Origin: Daphnia carinata
Taxonomy: Eukaryota
Length of the DNA stretch: 64,000 nt
NCBI RefSeq assembly: GCF_022539665.2
Contig: NC_081331.1
Coordinates: 4,960,001 to 5,024,000, forward strand
Direction: 5' to 3'
Below are positions 1-13,700 of this stretch, piece after piece. Every line of letters starts with the position of its first letter. Position 1 is the first letter of the stretch. The notes beneath the pieces were generated by a model. The model saw only the letters and a list, made by a program, of their open reading frames with translations, was not told the origin of the DNA and ran no database searches. The position numbers were made by a program, and so were the translations under genes.

Positions 1-2561
1 GCACGCGCGCTCACGTCAACCCCCATCCCTCTTTTTCTGTGCTGGTGCATTATTTAAAAAAATATTTTAAAGTGAACCAAAATCCCCACCAGCCCTTTTG
101 CATAGCTGATTTGCAACAACCCATTTCGACGTAACCATCAAAAGGAGAATACACCACCAGAGTGTGTCTGCGTCTATGACAATTGCTACCGGGTCTTTCA
201 ACTTAACAATTTTCTACTTCAAAAGGTAAAAAAAAAAAAAAAAATATATACCTAATATAAAAATGTCAGAATTTGTGCGTACGTCTTTTTTTTTTTTTTT
301 TTTTTTTAATGTTATTTGCTTCCTCTCCTTTTTCTAAAATTTCGCTCCTGGGTCTTTCTGGTCTAAAGCTCAGACTCTCTCCTCTTTTTTTTTTTTTTTG
401 ACTGGCTAACATCCTCTATACACGACCTATATCTCTTTCCTAGTTGTATAGACAACAACCTGAGAAAGACGGTTGCGGTCGCCTGCGGATGTGGTGGGCT
501 TGATTTTTACATGCAGAGCTGCTGCTCTCCGTATTCATTTCTTTTCTATACGCATCCTCATCTTGTTATTTCGACGCTATCGGAAAAGAAAAACGCATTT
601 TTCAAGCCCTCACCGATATTTAAAATATCGGTCGTGACGATTGATCCTCTATTTTTTTTTTAAAGCATTTTTCGTTGTCGATGGAACAATTCCTTTTTGT
701 TTTACTATTTTCACCGTTGCGTACCCAAAAATAGATAACAACACAGACCCAACGGCGAAAAAGTAGGTCATCATCATACCCATCGGTTTTCGTATGAACT
801 TTGATTATGTCATTCTTTTCTTTTTTTTCGAATACAAACAAAATAATGTCCCTGTGTTCCCAATCTGCTATAAAATGCATAGACGTTACATTTGAAGCCG
901 GCCTCAATCGTGATTGAAAATTCGAATCATCTCGAAAATGTCCGTTGGGCTCTCATCTTTTTCATATAACAACCGGCCGTTAGAGCGCCGTTGTTATTCC
1001 GGCCCACCCATCTGCCCCAAACAAAACAAAAAATCGCTCTCTCTTTGATGTGTGTATATATACATATATATATATATAAAAAAAAAAAAAAAAAAAGGGC
1101 CTCTCCCCCTCGTCATCAATAGAGCGTTGGCAGCTGCGCCACATACGTCTATTGTGTGTCCCAGACACGGTTTGAAATTCGAACGGTTGCGTTTACCCAT
1201 ACGCACAAAACATCTTGTCGTGTTCCGAGTACAAGACACACTTCACAAAAAAAAGATGCAGCTTCAACTTCCCCTCCCATAGATCTCGGATTTCCGGAAG
1301 GAGAGAAGACGCCAGAGTTTCGAGCAGATGTTTTTGTTCTTACGAACGTTTCTAATTTCCATTTTCCATGAAAAAAAAAAAAAGGGGGGAAGCAGAAAGA
1401 TGTGCACAGATTGTTGAAAAACATTTCAAAAGTTGGATGAAATCATACAGACATTAAAGCAGAAAATGTCATTCATCAAACGTGCGCGGTCTATTGATCA
1501 AGTCGGTCGTCAAAAGAGAGAGAAAACTTTTTTGTGGGTTGTTGTTATGTGGTCGTTGATTTCGCTTGGATGTTCTAAAGCCATAAAGCACTGATATGAT
1601 ATTTTGGCGTTCGAGAAATCGGGCCGCACGCGTGTCTTCCTCGTCCCGCTTTCGTGAACGCTTAAGCCATTATTCATTGCGCTCTAGCGACTTCTACTTT
1701 TGGGAACTTGGTTTTCGACTCTTTGCAAGCTCTTCTTTTTTTTTATTTCAGTCAAGAAAATGGACGTACTTTTCATACGGAATTTTATAGAAAACGAAAA
1801 AAATTGGCTTCACAGCGCACATGAAAATGAATCTCATTTCTTTCTTTTTTTGCGAATGAGAAAAAAAAAACATGGAAATAAATCCTTTTTTTTTTTTTAA
1901 ATATAAAGAAGAAAAGAAAGAAAAAGCGAGATGGAACGGTCGTCCGGAATCGAGGCCATCCGCGCCCGTCTAAAAGGGGATAGGATGTCAGAGGATTCAT
2001 GAATCCCATTGACTCTCTCGGTCGGGGCGGGGTGATAGAGACAACCTGTATAAACCAAGAAGCGAAAATGAAAAGAAATAGCTGCAAGGCGTTGACCCTT
2101 TTTTTCTTTCTTTCTTTCTTTCTTTCACTTAAAAAAAAAAAATCACGGTGAATTTTCTGTTTTAACTTTTCCCAATAAATAAAAAAAAAAAAGGCCGACG
2201 TAATTTTTCCTGCGTAACGGCCTCTACTGTTGCAGCTGCGGATAACCCGAGTCCCGCAATCACAAGAGCAAATGGCTGCAGGCTTTCGTCTGACCCCGGT
2301 AAACACATACTACTGCTGTACTCAAAGCCATCTGGTGGCGAACTTGGCCGCTCCTACCTTGGCCTGTACACTGGCAAAAAAAAAAGGGGGGGTTTGCATA
2401 ATAATATGCAGATGGAATGGGAGAAACTATTTTTGAAAAAAAAAAAAAAGTCGGCCGTCAAGCGAATAGATATGCCGTTCTGCTCTCTCCCGTACTTCAA
2501 AGTACGATGATGACGATGATCCTAGAGAAAAAAAATGGCAGGTCGTTCCACAGGGGGACGA

Positions 2562-2584
2562 CACACACACACACACACACACAG
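2562..2584. repeat. (AC)n microsatellite
   Basis: About 11 AC units read directly. Confidence 0.85.
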
Positions 2585-5500
2585 AAACGTAACAACAATA
2601 ACAACAAAAAAATGAGCTACGACCGAAATATTGAGGCCAGTATACAGCTGGGATGATTGCCGGTCCCATCCATCATCACGCGAGGATAGTGTGGGAAGCG
2701 AGACACAAACAACAAAGCCAACCCATCCAAACCACCTTTCACACTCGAGACGACAATGTTTTGCTATGTTTCTTCTACGGAGAGAGTTTTTCTTCTTCTG
2801 ATTTTGATGAGTTAAAAAAAAAAAAAAAAAAACTAACAAGAAGAAGAACGAGGTTACAAAAAACTTGTGTTGACGGACTATCCGCAAGGCAAGTAATCGA
2901 TAAATATCCTCAAGGTAAAATCAAAAAAAAAAAAAATTATTTATTTTTGAACGTGCGTCAAAAAATGGCTAGCTGATATAATCGAAGCTGCAGACAACTG
3001 AGAGAAACGGGTGTCTGCGTAATACTGACGTCATCGGCACACGCATCGCAGCTTTTGGCATAGGGGAAAACAAAACACGAAGGCGACTCGACAGTTTTCT
3101 ATCATATTCGAAGCCACCATTTAAGGATTGAAACGATCCTCGAACAGCCGGCACCTGGTGAAACAACCTCAAACACTAGACCGTGTTTGTTTTCACAAAT
3201 TTCTAGACGTGCCAAAACAACGTTGAAAAAAGTCGTGATTGTGCGGAGGAACTCGATCGAAACGTGCCGCTACAATCGGTGCATTTTCACTCGATGATGA
3301 AACCGAAACACACAAAACCCACATGATGATGTTGTTGTTTCTTCGACTTTGATTTCACAAGCACCACAGAAAAGAAAAAAAAAAGATGAGAGTCATGATG
3401 GGCCGGCATGAAAATGGCGGCTCATTCAGCAGTTGAAGCACGTGCACCTGTCGATGTCCGGCCAGAAAGTTGGGGTGTGTCAAGCATCTTTTTTTGTTGT
3501 TGTTGTTCAAAGCCACGGCCCGCGGTACAACAATAAAAAAAAAAGACACAAGTCAACTCTCGTAAAAAAATTGTATTTTTTTTTTGTTTTTTTTTTACGT
3601 CTGGCCAGCGTATGAAAAACAACAACAAAATGTATGCAGACAGTGTAATCCACTTTAAGAGATTTTGCTTTTTTATATATTTTTTTTTTTTTCAAAATGC
3701 CCGCCCAAAATTCTTATGCCACCAAGTAAGGCAAGTTATATTTTCAGGTCTATTGTTTCAACAGTTCTTTTCTTGGTTTTTCAAAATTAATGATTTTTTT
3801 TTTATTTCCCAACAATTTTTGTTTTCAAAAGGAGAAAATGAGGACATTTACACAGACGTGAATCCGTGATGATGAATTGTTTTTCAGCGTATGCCTCCCC
3901 CTTTGAATATTAAAAATTCAGATAGGATTTTCAAAAAAAAAATAAAAAATAAAAAAAAGGTACGCAACAAGACAAGTGTAGGACTTTCCCGAGGCACGAT
4001 TTCAAAATAGGCTCTATCGCATAGATATATAGAGGTCATCCTTTGTTATTTCTCAAAAACACAGCCTATACGCGAAGGCCGTTTATGGACATAATAATAC
4101 GAAAAAAAAAAAAAAACAGGGCTTCTTTTTTTTTTTCTACTCATCATCCACCTTCCACAACTACCCCCCCCCCCCGCACACACACACACACAAATTTTTC
4201 AGACTGAAAAAAAAAAAACGCAACGGTTTTTTCCTTTTGAAATATTTTGAACCATCATCCGTGCCGCCAGTGCGCAGTGGGTTTTCCCTTTTGTGTTGTT
4301 ATTGTTGTTGTGTGATGAATTCGTCGTCACGGCACCGCGCCAGCAATCGATTATGCTAATGAAGAGCGGCATAATAAAAAATAAAAAAAAAACAATAAAA
4401 AAAAATTCACTAGTGTTTCGTTTTTCTTTTTGCACAGACTTTTACGCGGCATCATGATTAGTATGTAGTTAGCGCTAGACAGACTAGCGCACGTTTAATG
4501 CTCACAAAAATATATAGGAGGGGTCGTTTGATTGAAGGCAACAATCGATTCCCTTACCAGTTAATGGCACTACATTTAATAGACCCCCATTTTTGTTATT
4601 TCATTTCTTTTTTTTTTTTTCGCTAAAAAGAAAATACTCTTTTCTCGTATATCGTTTGCGCGTAGAGCGGCGCAGTTTTTAAAACGTGGAATGTTGCCGT
4701 ATCACGCACAGGGGGCACTGGTATATAAAATAAATGTGTGTGTGTGTGTGTGTCACGGCTCGGTTATAAACGAGAGAGAACTTTTCATTTTTTTTTTTTT
4801 TTTCAAGACGAGGTTTTTTTTTGTCGCATTTTTTTTTTTTATGTGTCGGTGCGCCTGTTGTTCATTTTGATGTTTATAATTACACACAATCATGTAGACG
4901 TGTAGCCCCACACAGACAGATTTTTAACCGAGACGATACGCCGCCCACAAAGCCACGCCTTTTTCGATCCCTCTCTATTAAACATTAAAAAAAAAAAGGC
5001 TGAAGAGAGAAAATAAGCGAATTATTATTGCTGTTTTTAACGAGCAACTTAATAGAGCCCATAAATTTCTGTACGAAAAAAAAAACAAAACAGAAAATGT
5101 TTGAAAAATAATCTGAATATGAGTCGAAATCATGACGAGATAAGAGGTGATTTTCCCTTTTACTGGCAACAATAAGAAAATAATGGGATTGGCCCTTTTT
5201 TTTTTCTTTTAATGATGACTCGATTCACAGCCGCAGAGACGCTTCCGTTCTACCTACACAAGCCGCTTTGCGGTTGATTTCATTTTTTGTTTTGTTTTTT
5301 ACCGAGAAAGTCGATGATGAATCTCTTTCTTTGTAATATACTTACACGCAAAGAAAACAAAAAACAACCGGTATTTAAGGTTAAAAAGAAAATCATGGCG
5401 GGTGGAAGAGCGAGAACGGAAACAAACCACAAAATGTGTTGATGTTGCCCTTCAAAAAAAAAAAAATAAAATAAAATAAAATAAACAAGTTGACATCATC

Positions 5501-7187
5501 GGAAGAAAGAAATGAGGGCGAAATGGTGGCGCCATCGATTTGATTATTAAGTTAGTCGGTTGAGGGGAGTGGAACCGGAAGAACGGTTAGCCGATTGTTG
5601 CACAACGTGTGCATTATAAATTCAACTCCTCCTTCTTCCCCATCCTGGTTGTATAACCCTGTCTTGATATTCCTCGGGGCCATCATTGATTCTCTCACGA
5701 AAATTCATTTCCCCTTAAAAAAAAAACTAAAAAAAAAACAACGTAGCCTAAAACCATTTTTATGGAGGGACTTTAGTTATTGAGTTTACTTGTCATTCAG
5801 GTTTCGTTACCGTTTTTGGTTTGTTCACCCTTACCCACTACCGCCCTTGTGCGTTTCAACGTGCGGCCAGTGCGTTAACATCGTGTGGCAAACAGTTTGT
5901 GTGTGTAGTCGATATTTCCTGGACAACGTGAATATTCGGAAAGCCCAAGGATACGCAACCACCCATAGGCAACAAAGAAAAACAAAGGCTATCAACCGAT
6001 CTTTTGATCTATTGATCGAAATCAAGTGCGTGTTTGATTATTTATTATATTTTTTTTTCGATTTCTACCACAAGGTTATTACTGAGAAACTAAACCAATT
6101 TAGAAAGAAAAGAAAAGCGCCTTGGAACATAATTTTTTTTTTGGCGGATATGTAAACCCAATTTTCACGGCCGCAATTCAATGCTAATACGTTCCCCTTC
6201 GAATTTTGTTTCGAAAATAGAAAAAAAAAAAAAGAAAAACATTAAAAAAAAAAATTATTTGTGGGTTAGTTGACTCGATGTGCCCTACATTTCGGGCTGT
6301 TTAAAAACAAAAGAGAAGCGGGTTCGTAACGGCACTTGATTGTTCTTCGCGACTCTTTTCTTCCCCCCCCCCCTTCTCAATTTCCAGTTTTTCTCGTTTT
6401 TTTTCCTTTTGTCATCATCGTTGGCCAAGAACAAACATCCAAAAAGGTTGTCGGTGTGAGAAACTCGTGAGGTACACAGTCGAATGACAAACAGGGCTTA
6501 TATAAATTATGAAAACTAGACACACAGCTGCAATCCCCGTTACAGTTGGAAACCTGTCGAATGCAACATTTTTTTTTTTTCAAAACAGCTTTTTTTTTTT
6601 TGTTTTGTGCTTTTCTTTATAAACTAGAACAAACAATCGACCAAGTTTGTTTGGCTTTTTTGTTTTTTCATGGGGGAACGAACATTTTTGACATGATATC
6701 TCCCCCCCCCCTCGAAAAAAATGGCAGATTTTGGACGAGCACATTCCGCGTGTCTGTTAGGAATTCAATCGTCTAATAAAACAAAAACAAAACATCCGCC
6801 TTCCCCTAAAGACAACAAAGAGAAAGTCTGCGAGTAAATCAAAACGACAGAAAAAAAAAAGATGGATTCTTTTTCATCTCAGCGCAACATAGAGCCAGTG
6901 AAAATACGATCCTTATCTCGCTTTTTAAAAAATATTCTTTCAAAGGTGTTCGTGTATCAGGATGGAACATCGATCTTTGTATACTTCTCTGATGGGCAGC
7001 GGTTTGACTCAATTTTGAAACTAGGGCGGTTCATTTCAAAAGGGAAGAGGAACAAAAATGTGAAAACAAGTGTTTTGTTTTTTCTCCAAAGATTTTCACT
7101 TTGACTCGCACCTTCCCCCCCTTGCAACGTTTCCGTTCATCGGCGCTACGTTTGCTAATAATCAGTGTGCACACGCAACAGGAGAAA

Positions 7188-7209
7188 AGAGAGAGAGAGA
7201 GAGAGAGAG
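7188..7209. repeat. (AG)n microsatellite
   Basis: About 11 AG units read directly. Confidence 0.85.
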
Positions 7210-9293
7210 GCAATTGGTAAACGTGTTGGGAAACTCTCTTTCCACTTGATCCGACACTAATCAGAATGCGGGTCACCTATTGCTCCGTGCGATCTTATCA
7301 CCTCAGGAGAAGGAATGTGTGTATATAATTTATAACCCACTGCACAAGTGTTGAAAAAAGAAAAAAACGCTATTCCCCTTCTACTAGAATTTTTCTTTTT
7401 CAAGAAAATCATAGAACATGGGCGTCCCAGATAATAATAAAAATAAAAAACACAGCCTAAACGGTCCCGAAGATACTACACCTCTCTTTAAAAAAAAAAA
7501 AAAAATGCCAACTATAGACATAGACACAAGTCCCGCGAACCCAGGTGGGGGCCCAGGTGTGTGTAGGAGGGGAGCGGCATTCTTTTTTTTTTTCCAGTTT
7601 TTTTGCTGTTGTCTGTCGTGACCCAGTGTGCGTGAACGCGACCCCATGACAACGTTGTAGCCAAGTCACGGACAACGGGTCTTGTTTGAAAAAAAAAAAA
7701 AAAAGAGACGCTTGTAGTTACGATGGCCCTTTCTCTCCATTTTTTTTTTTTTTTAAGGTCTACTTGGTGAATCTGTAATTACGCACGCTGATTCCGGGCG
7801 CACCAGAATGAGGTATAGACAGTAAAAAAAGAAGAAGAAGAAAAGACCTTGTTAAAGAATGATTTTTTTTTTTTTTTTTTAGAAGAGGAATAAAGGGTCT
7901 GTTAGTGTGTCGTTCGGTTACTAGGCCAAAGTTGTTGGTAGACGCCCTTTCTGACAACAATTGATTCCAATTCAGAACAATGATAATAAACGCCCAAAAA
8001 TATACACGCGTAACAAAAGAGTTCGTTTTTCCGATTGAAAATTAGGTTGTTTTCAAATTCATTACTTTCAAAAAAAATATCAAGGATTAATAAACTAGTG
8101 GAAAAAAAAAGGGGCAAACATTTGTGAGTTGAAACCAGAATTGCCGTTTGTTAAAAAAAAAAAAACAAAGTCGACGACATTCTTTTGGCGAATTCAAGAT
8201 AAAAAAAAAATGTAAAAAAGAAGGTTTAATGAGTCGAATAAAGCCCATCCGCTGTATGCACAAGGCCGCCATGTGTACATTTTTATTAAATTGATATTTT
8301 GAGAAAAAATTTCAAAAACGAAGAAGAAAATGACAACACTCAACAAATGGATTTGAAGTCGTCATGGAGACATCGGTCACGAATACGATAACGATTTTTT
8401 TTTTCGAGATAACCGGTTGTGCTCCCTGTATCTCTTGTTGGCTATCCAAAATTTGCATTTTTCTTGCCACTGTAATTTAGTTTCGCCCATCGGAAATGCC
8501 TTCCCCCCATCATTTCAGGTGAACTTTCAAGGACTGTTTTTGTTTTAATTTTCCGCTTGAGCAATAAGACTGCGTCTGCTATCTTCAATTGTTATCAAAA
8601 CTGTTGCGCAAACGGCTGCCGCCTCCCCTTTTTAAGTAAATGTTTTTTTTATCTGCCCTTCTCCATCTTCTTTTGGAGACGAACATTCTATCACTTCGCA
8701 ATTGATTTTGAAAATATCCCCTTGATTTCCCATCTCTGTCCCCTTTTCCTATTCGATTCGAAAATAGTTTTCCTATGTCTCCGGTTCAGTTCGTATACGG
8801 ATCCTTTGTACACCTTGATGCGATTGCCCAATTGCCTCATCATTTGGCCTTTACCGATGTAGAAAGCCAATGTCACCGCTAGTAGCCTCTTTTTTTTTAA
8901 TCTTAAACGCGAAAAACCTGGAACGATTCTCGAAGCTTCTTTTTCATTGTCGTAACGATCGCGTGATTTCAAATCGTATTTAAAAATAAAAATAAAAATA
9001 AAGAGCCATCTAGCGGCGGCTATATCGTCCTGTCACAAAAGGCGGTCTTTTTATGGCCTTTGCCAAGTTGCAAAGAAATAAAATAGTCGTGTAAAAAGAT
9101 CTCCAACAATGTCAAGGACTTTTTGTTTTTTTACTGTCATGTCTTTTGTCTGCGATTGTTTGTTGTTGTTTTTTTTTTTTATTTAAAGGAAAAAGAAACG
9201 CGTTGTTGAATGTCACCGACCGGCTAATGCAAGAATTTCATTCCCTAACGAGTCTTTTTTTTTTTTTTATCTTTGCTTTTAATTTATGCGCAG

Positions 9294-10703
9294 ATGGAAA
9301 GCCGGATCGAGGAATTGGAGCGGGAACTGAAGGAGACGAGCGAGCAGTTGGCGTTGACGCGGGAGCAACTGCGATTGCAGAGCAGACGGGCGCGCCAGCT
9401 GGTGGCCGCCTGCTCCACCAAAGTCGAAGAAAAGGAACGCGAAATGAGGATGCTCCGAGTCCTCAAAGACGGCCAATTGCAGTCCATCGTCCGCAAACTG
9501 TTGCACTTTGAGAGCCTCTTGCGCCAGGAGCAGAAGCGCGTCGTCGAGATCGTCCGCCAGAAGGACCAAATCATTCGAACGCAATCGACTGAACTGGACC
9601 AACTGAGGCAGGCCAATCGCAAGCTCCTAATGGCCGCCAGCCAGGACCCTGACGATTCATCCTCCGCCTCTAATCCAGCCGCATCCAAAATGGCCAAACT
9701 CGATCCGGAAAACAAAGAAAACGTTGGCCAAAACGAATCGCAAACGAAAGCCAACCAACAACAACAATTGGAGACGCCGTTAGTGACGAAAATGGTTCGC
9801 CGATTCGAGCCCGCTGTCTCGACTGCCGCCTCGAAAAAACCCGAAATTCCAAAGAAACCTGCCCGCCTGTTGGCGGCTGTCGCGCCGACCCCGGCCGTTG
9901 CGATCCAGCAACCCGTGACGGTCAGCAAAGGCGTCGTTCGAACCGATTCGGTCAACGATCACGGCTACTTTACGCTAGAGAAGCGGAAACCTGTTCGGAT
10001 GAGCGTCACTCCGACGCCGGTCCAAGTAACAGAACCCAAGTTGCCGAATCCGACTCCCCGAGATCCGCCGTCGGCGGATCACGTTGCGGATGAAATGGAT
10101 CTGCGACACAATTTCGAGGAATTCCATCTGATGGACAGTTTGGAAGAAGAAGAGCAACAGCAACAGCAACAACAACAACAGCAGCAGCTCTTGTTTCAAC
10201 AACATTCCGAAACGACCATCATGACAACGACACCCCCACGGACGCCCGACCGGAGTAGCGGCGACGGCGCTGAATGGAACAGCAGCAGCGCCAGCAGCGG
10301 CGGCAGCAGCAGTTTGCAGCTAACGCCTCCGCACAACGGCATGGCCGACTGCACATCGTTGAGCATTTGCGCCAGCTCGGTGCAAATTCTCCCGCAATTG
10401 GGCGACGCGACGCCGACGTCCGGCGTCCAATTCGATCGTTTCCTCGACGTCAGCGGTTTAACTCAGAAATCAATCTTAACGCCGAGTCGGTTGCTTAGTA
10501 ACCACAAGAACATGCTCAAACCCAAGGACGTCAAACATCGGCACATGATCAACAAAGCGACTCACGCTCACGCCCCCAACGCCTTCAACAACTGCCGTTC
10601 CAGCGAGTCCCTCCTATTATCGGCGGCTGGTGATTCAGCCCGTTTGCATCACCACCACCATTCCACTAATCAAGTCCGTTACTATGTCGAACCATTCCTA
10701 TGA
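9294..10703 (+). CDS. Uncharacterised coiled-coil protein A (~469 aa; N-terminal coiled coil, low-complexity middle, poly-Q, C-terminal SNHKNMLKPKDVK motif)
   Basis: 1410-nt stop-free GC-rich ORF. The ATG at 9294 directly follows a 3' splice site (branch-like CTAAC near 9245, poly-T, tgcgcag|ATG), so upstream exon(s) probably exist but were not identified. Heptad-rich N-terminus MESRIEELERELKETSEQL...LDQLRQANRKL; ends VRYYVEPFL*. Aligns with the convergent gene at 15391-23532. Confidence 0.9.
   Translation: MESRIEELERELKETSEQLALTREQLRLQSRRARQLVAACSTKVEEKEREMRMLRVLKDGQLQSIVRKLLHFESLLRQEQKRVVEIVRQKDQIIRTQSTELDQLRQANRKLLMAASQDPDDSSSASNPAASKMAKLDPENKENVGQNESQTKANQQQQLETPLVTKMVRRFEPAVSTAASKKPEIPKKPARLLAAVAPTPAVAIQQPVTVSKGVVRTDSVNDHGYFTLEKRKPVRMSVTPTPVQVTEPKLPNPTPRDPPSADHVADEMDLRHNFEEFHLMDSLEEEEQQQQQQQQQQQLLFQQHSETTIMTTTPPRTPDRSSGDGAEWNSSSASSGGSSSLQLTPPHNGMADCTSLSICASSVQILPQLGDATPTSGVQFDRFLDVSGLTQKSILTPSRLLSNHKNMLKPKDVKHRHMINKATHAHAPNAFNNCRSSESLLLSAAGDSARLHHHHHSTNQVRYYVEPFL
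10144..10187 (+). repeat. Coding GAA/CAA/CAG microsatellite (poly-E then poly-Q)
   Basis: Encodes EEEEQQQQQQQQQQQ inside coiled-coil protein A. Confidence 0.85.
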
Positions 10704-13700
10704 AACGAAAGAAAAAACGAAACGAAACCCAAACGAGGAAAAATCGTAAAAATAAAGAAAAGTGGGGAAAAAAAAAAAAAACGTCGTGAAACGGCACAAA
10801 ATTTTCCTTTAAAAAAAAAAAAAAAAGGCAGAAAAAAAAAATGAAGGGGAATAGCTTTTTGATGGGCTGAATCGTTCATCATGAAATTATTGTTTTTTTT
10901 TCTCTTTCGGCTGACAAAAAAAAAAATTTTTTCGCTTCTTTTTTTTCTACCTTTTTTGTGCTGTCTGTTTTTTTTTCTCTTTCCTGTTTTATTTTTGTTG
11001 CCGAAAATAACGAGCGGTAGATGACCATTTTCGGAGCGGGAATATTCGTGATCTATCAGACGGGGGGGAGAGAGAAAGTGGTGGAGTCAAATCCGACCTC
11101 GACGTTTTTTTGTTTTTTTTTATCTACAACCCAAAAAAAAAAAGAAATAATATGATTTCCTTTTGTTCGTTTGTTAACTTTTTCTTTGTTTGTTTCAACT
11201 TTCCGCGAGATAAAAAAAAACCCCAAAAACTTTCAAGACGCAAAACATTTTGAACGAAAACGAAAAAATTGTTTGTAACAGTAGCCGTTCGCCGTGGTAC
11301 AGGTCACACGCAAAAAGGGGAGGTCCATCCAATGTTTTGGACCAACTCCAAAAGACATCGAATCACAATCGTTTCGGCAAAAAAAAATTCCATCCGTTAA
11401 AAATGAAAAAAAAAAAAAAAAAAATTATACAATTGCAATCGAAAAAAAAAAAACCAAATTTTGAATGACGTATTGATTTTTCGTGTGTGTCTGTGTAATA
11501 TGGCGCCGCCTGGATACCCCCTTCGGGATATACAGATCGTAACTACAGCACACACACACACGCACAAAAATATGGAATCCCATTTACCAGTCGTCTGTTA
11601 TGCTAATAATAAAAGAAAAAATCTCCCTCCCATGCGAGTTCCTCGACATTACGATCACAACGTAAGATGGAGAACGTCGTCCTGTCTAAGATATGATAAT
11701 ATTCCCTTCGTCATCCTCTTGTGTCTCCCGCGCATCAAAAACATTATACATACAAGTGTATCTGCTGTATAAGGAATTTTTCTCAAAAATGTATTATTTT
11801 TTTTCCTGCTATTTTCCATCTTTTGTTTTTTTTTTTCCCTTTCTTGTTCTTCTATCCTCTCTTTTTCCCCAAACAAGAAGAAAAAAAACATACTAGCTAA
11901 GAAAAATGGCGGATATCATAATTATTATTCTAATAATCCTTGAAATGTACAGAAAACCAAATATATTATCATATACACAAGAAAATACATTCGCCTTGTT
12001 TGTTTTTTTCCCAGCGATTTAGTCAAATGCGATGGAGAAAATGTCAGACGAGGTCGTCGTCTTACTTGAAAAAAAGCAAACAAAAGAAATGAATTGAGCT
12101 GTCATAATAAACGCTGACGTTCATCTGCCAGCACAGCAGCTGTATATGCCCTAATGGTTGATTTTCACAGGAAAGATGGATACATATGCATGAATTCATA
12201 ATTCGTATTCAATTACGCCCCCCCCCACCCAAACATATGCGTCTCGTTACATGCCCTTGGCTTTTCATCTTTCCAAGGTTGCGAGAGCACTCGCATCTCT
12301 GTGTGGGTTTACACACACAAAAAAAAGTGCTGTGGCATCCAAAAACAAGTCAAACAACAACAGGGTCGTCGCAAAAAAAGAAAGGACTTGCAACGAAATA
12401 TTTCGTGACGAGCTTCAAAGAGATAAGCGCGTTTTCGTGCCATGCTTATTCACATGCTTCTCCTCTTCTACTAGTCTATCATCGCGGGAAAACGAAGTGG
12501 AAATTGAATGAAATTAGAAGCCTCCCGCACTTTAACCCTGAGCTTAAAAAAAAGAAAAGAAATTGTTTTTGAATAAAAGAAACAAATTCTCTACAAAAAA
12601 AAAAAAAGGTCCGTCACTTTCCCATTTAAAAAAAAATAAACGGCCTGAATGGGAATAAGATAAGAAAGGCGTTGGTTTTTGTAGGAGGCTGTTCCAGCTC
12701 ATCCAACAATTTTTTTTTTTTTTTTTTCAAAGAATAAGTTGTTTTTTTTTTGTTCCCCTCCCTTCGAAATCATCGTTCGTTAGAAACTCGGAGGTTTGTC
12801 CACGGCTGTTCGTTTTCAATGCCGAACCGTTCACTTTTTTTTTTTTACAAGTCCGCTGTTGATTACGCATTTCTACGAAGAAGCAAAAAGATAAAATACC
12901 ATTCCTCGTATATCACAGTCAATGGACATCCATCAACCGCAGTAGGTAATGGATGATGAGATACTTTTGACGTCAAAAAAAAAAAAATTACGTTTTCTTT
13001 ATTTTGCCTGAATGACTTTCGATAAGCCACGAAACTGCAAAGTACTGGCTTTTTACTGGGTCAGACTTTTTTTTGTTGTTGCAATTTTATCCGCCAGGCG
13101 AATTGATCTCAAAATCCAGTAAACAGAAAATGATTCAAAAAGTGGAATTTCAATTGGACAAAAATCGAAAATGTTTTGAATGATCTCGAAATTTCAGTTT
13201 AACAAAGAAAGATGGTCATCCGAATCAACGGGGCGTGAAAACGACAAGAAGTCGAGAGTTGACAATAATTATTGTTTTTAAGAAAAAAGGCCTAACAAAA
13301 CGAGTCGGAGCTTCACGCATCGGGTAGCACCGTCAACACGATTTTTTAATTCAATCAAGAAAATGTGAAACCAAGAATAAAATGTGGCAGGATGTTACGA
13401 TAATTTGGTGCCCTGAAGGCATCACCTAATCGTTGCCACCTCATCAGTGAAATAGAAAACAGTAGGAAAACATGTGGTAACAACGTGTTCGTTTTTATTA
13501 CCCCTCCCCTGATTTCCAGCGAAAAAAAAAACTGCCTAACGAAGAGAAAAAAAAAATGTGAAAAGAAAAGAACGATTTTGTTTTTCCCTTCAACTCGTCT
13601 GACGGCATTCAAATTGAATGATGGTCGGACTTAGGTCATTTTTACAACATTATGTCCCGCCATGTTGTTCTCAGCCAACCGTTAAATCAAATTCAACATG

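Noticed and set aside
1..9290. Dozens of 60-170 aa ORFs rich in F/K in the ORF track
   Set aside because: They are translations of poly-T/poly-A tracts and microsatellites in non-coding DNA, with no domain signal or consistent splice model.
9284..9955. 223-aa minus-strand ORF overlapping protein A
   Set aside because: Antisense shadow of a GC-rich coding exon.
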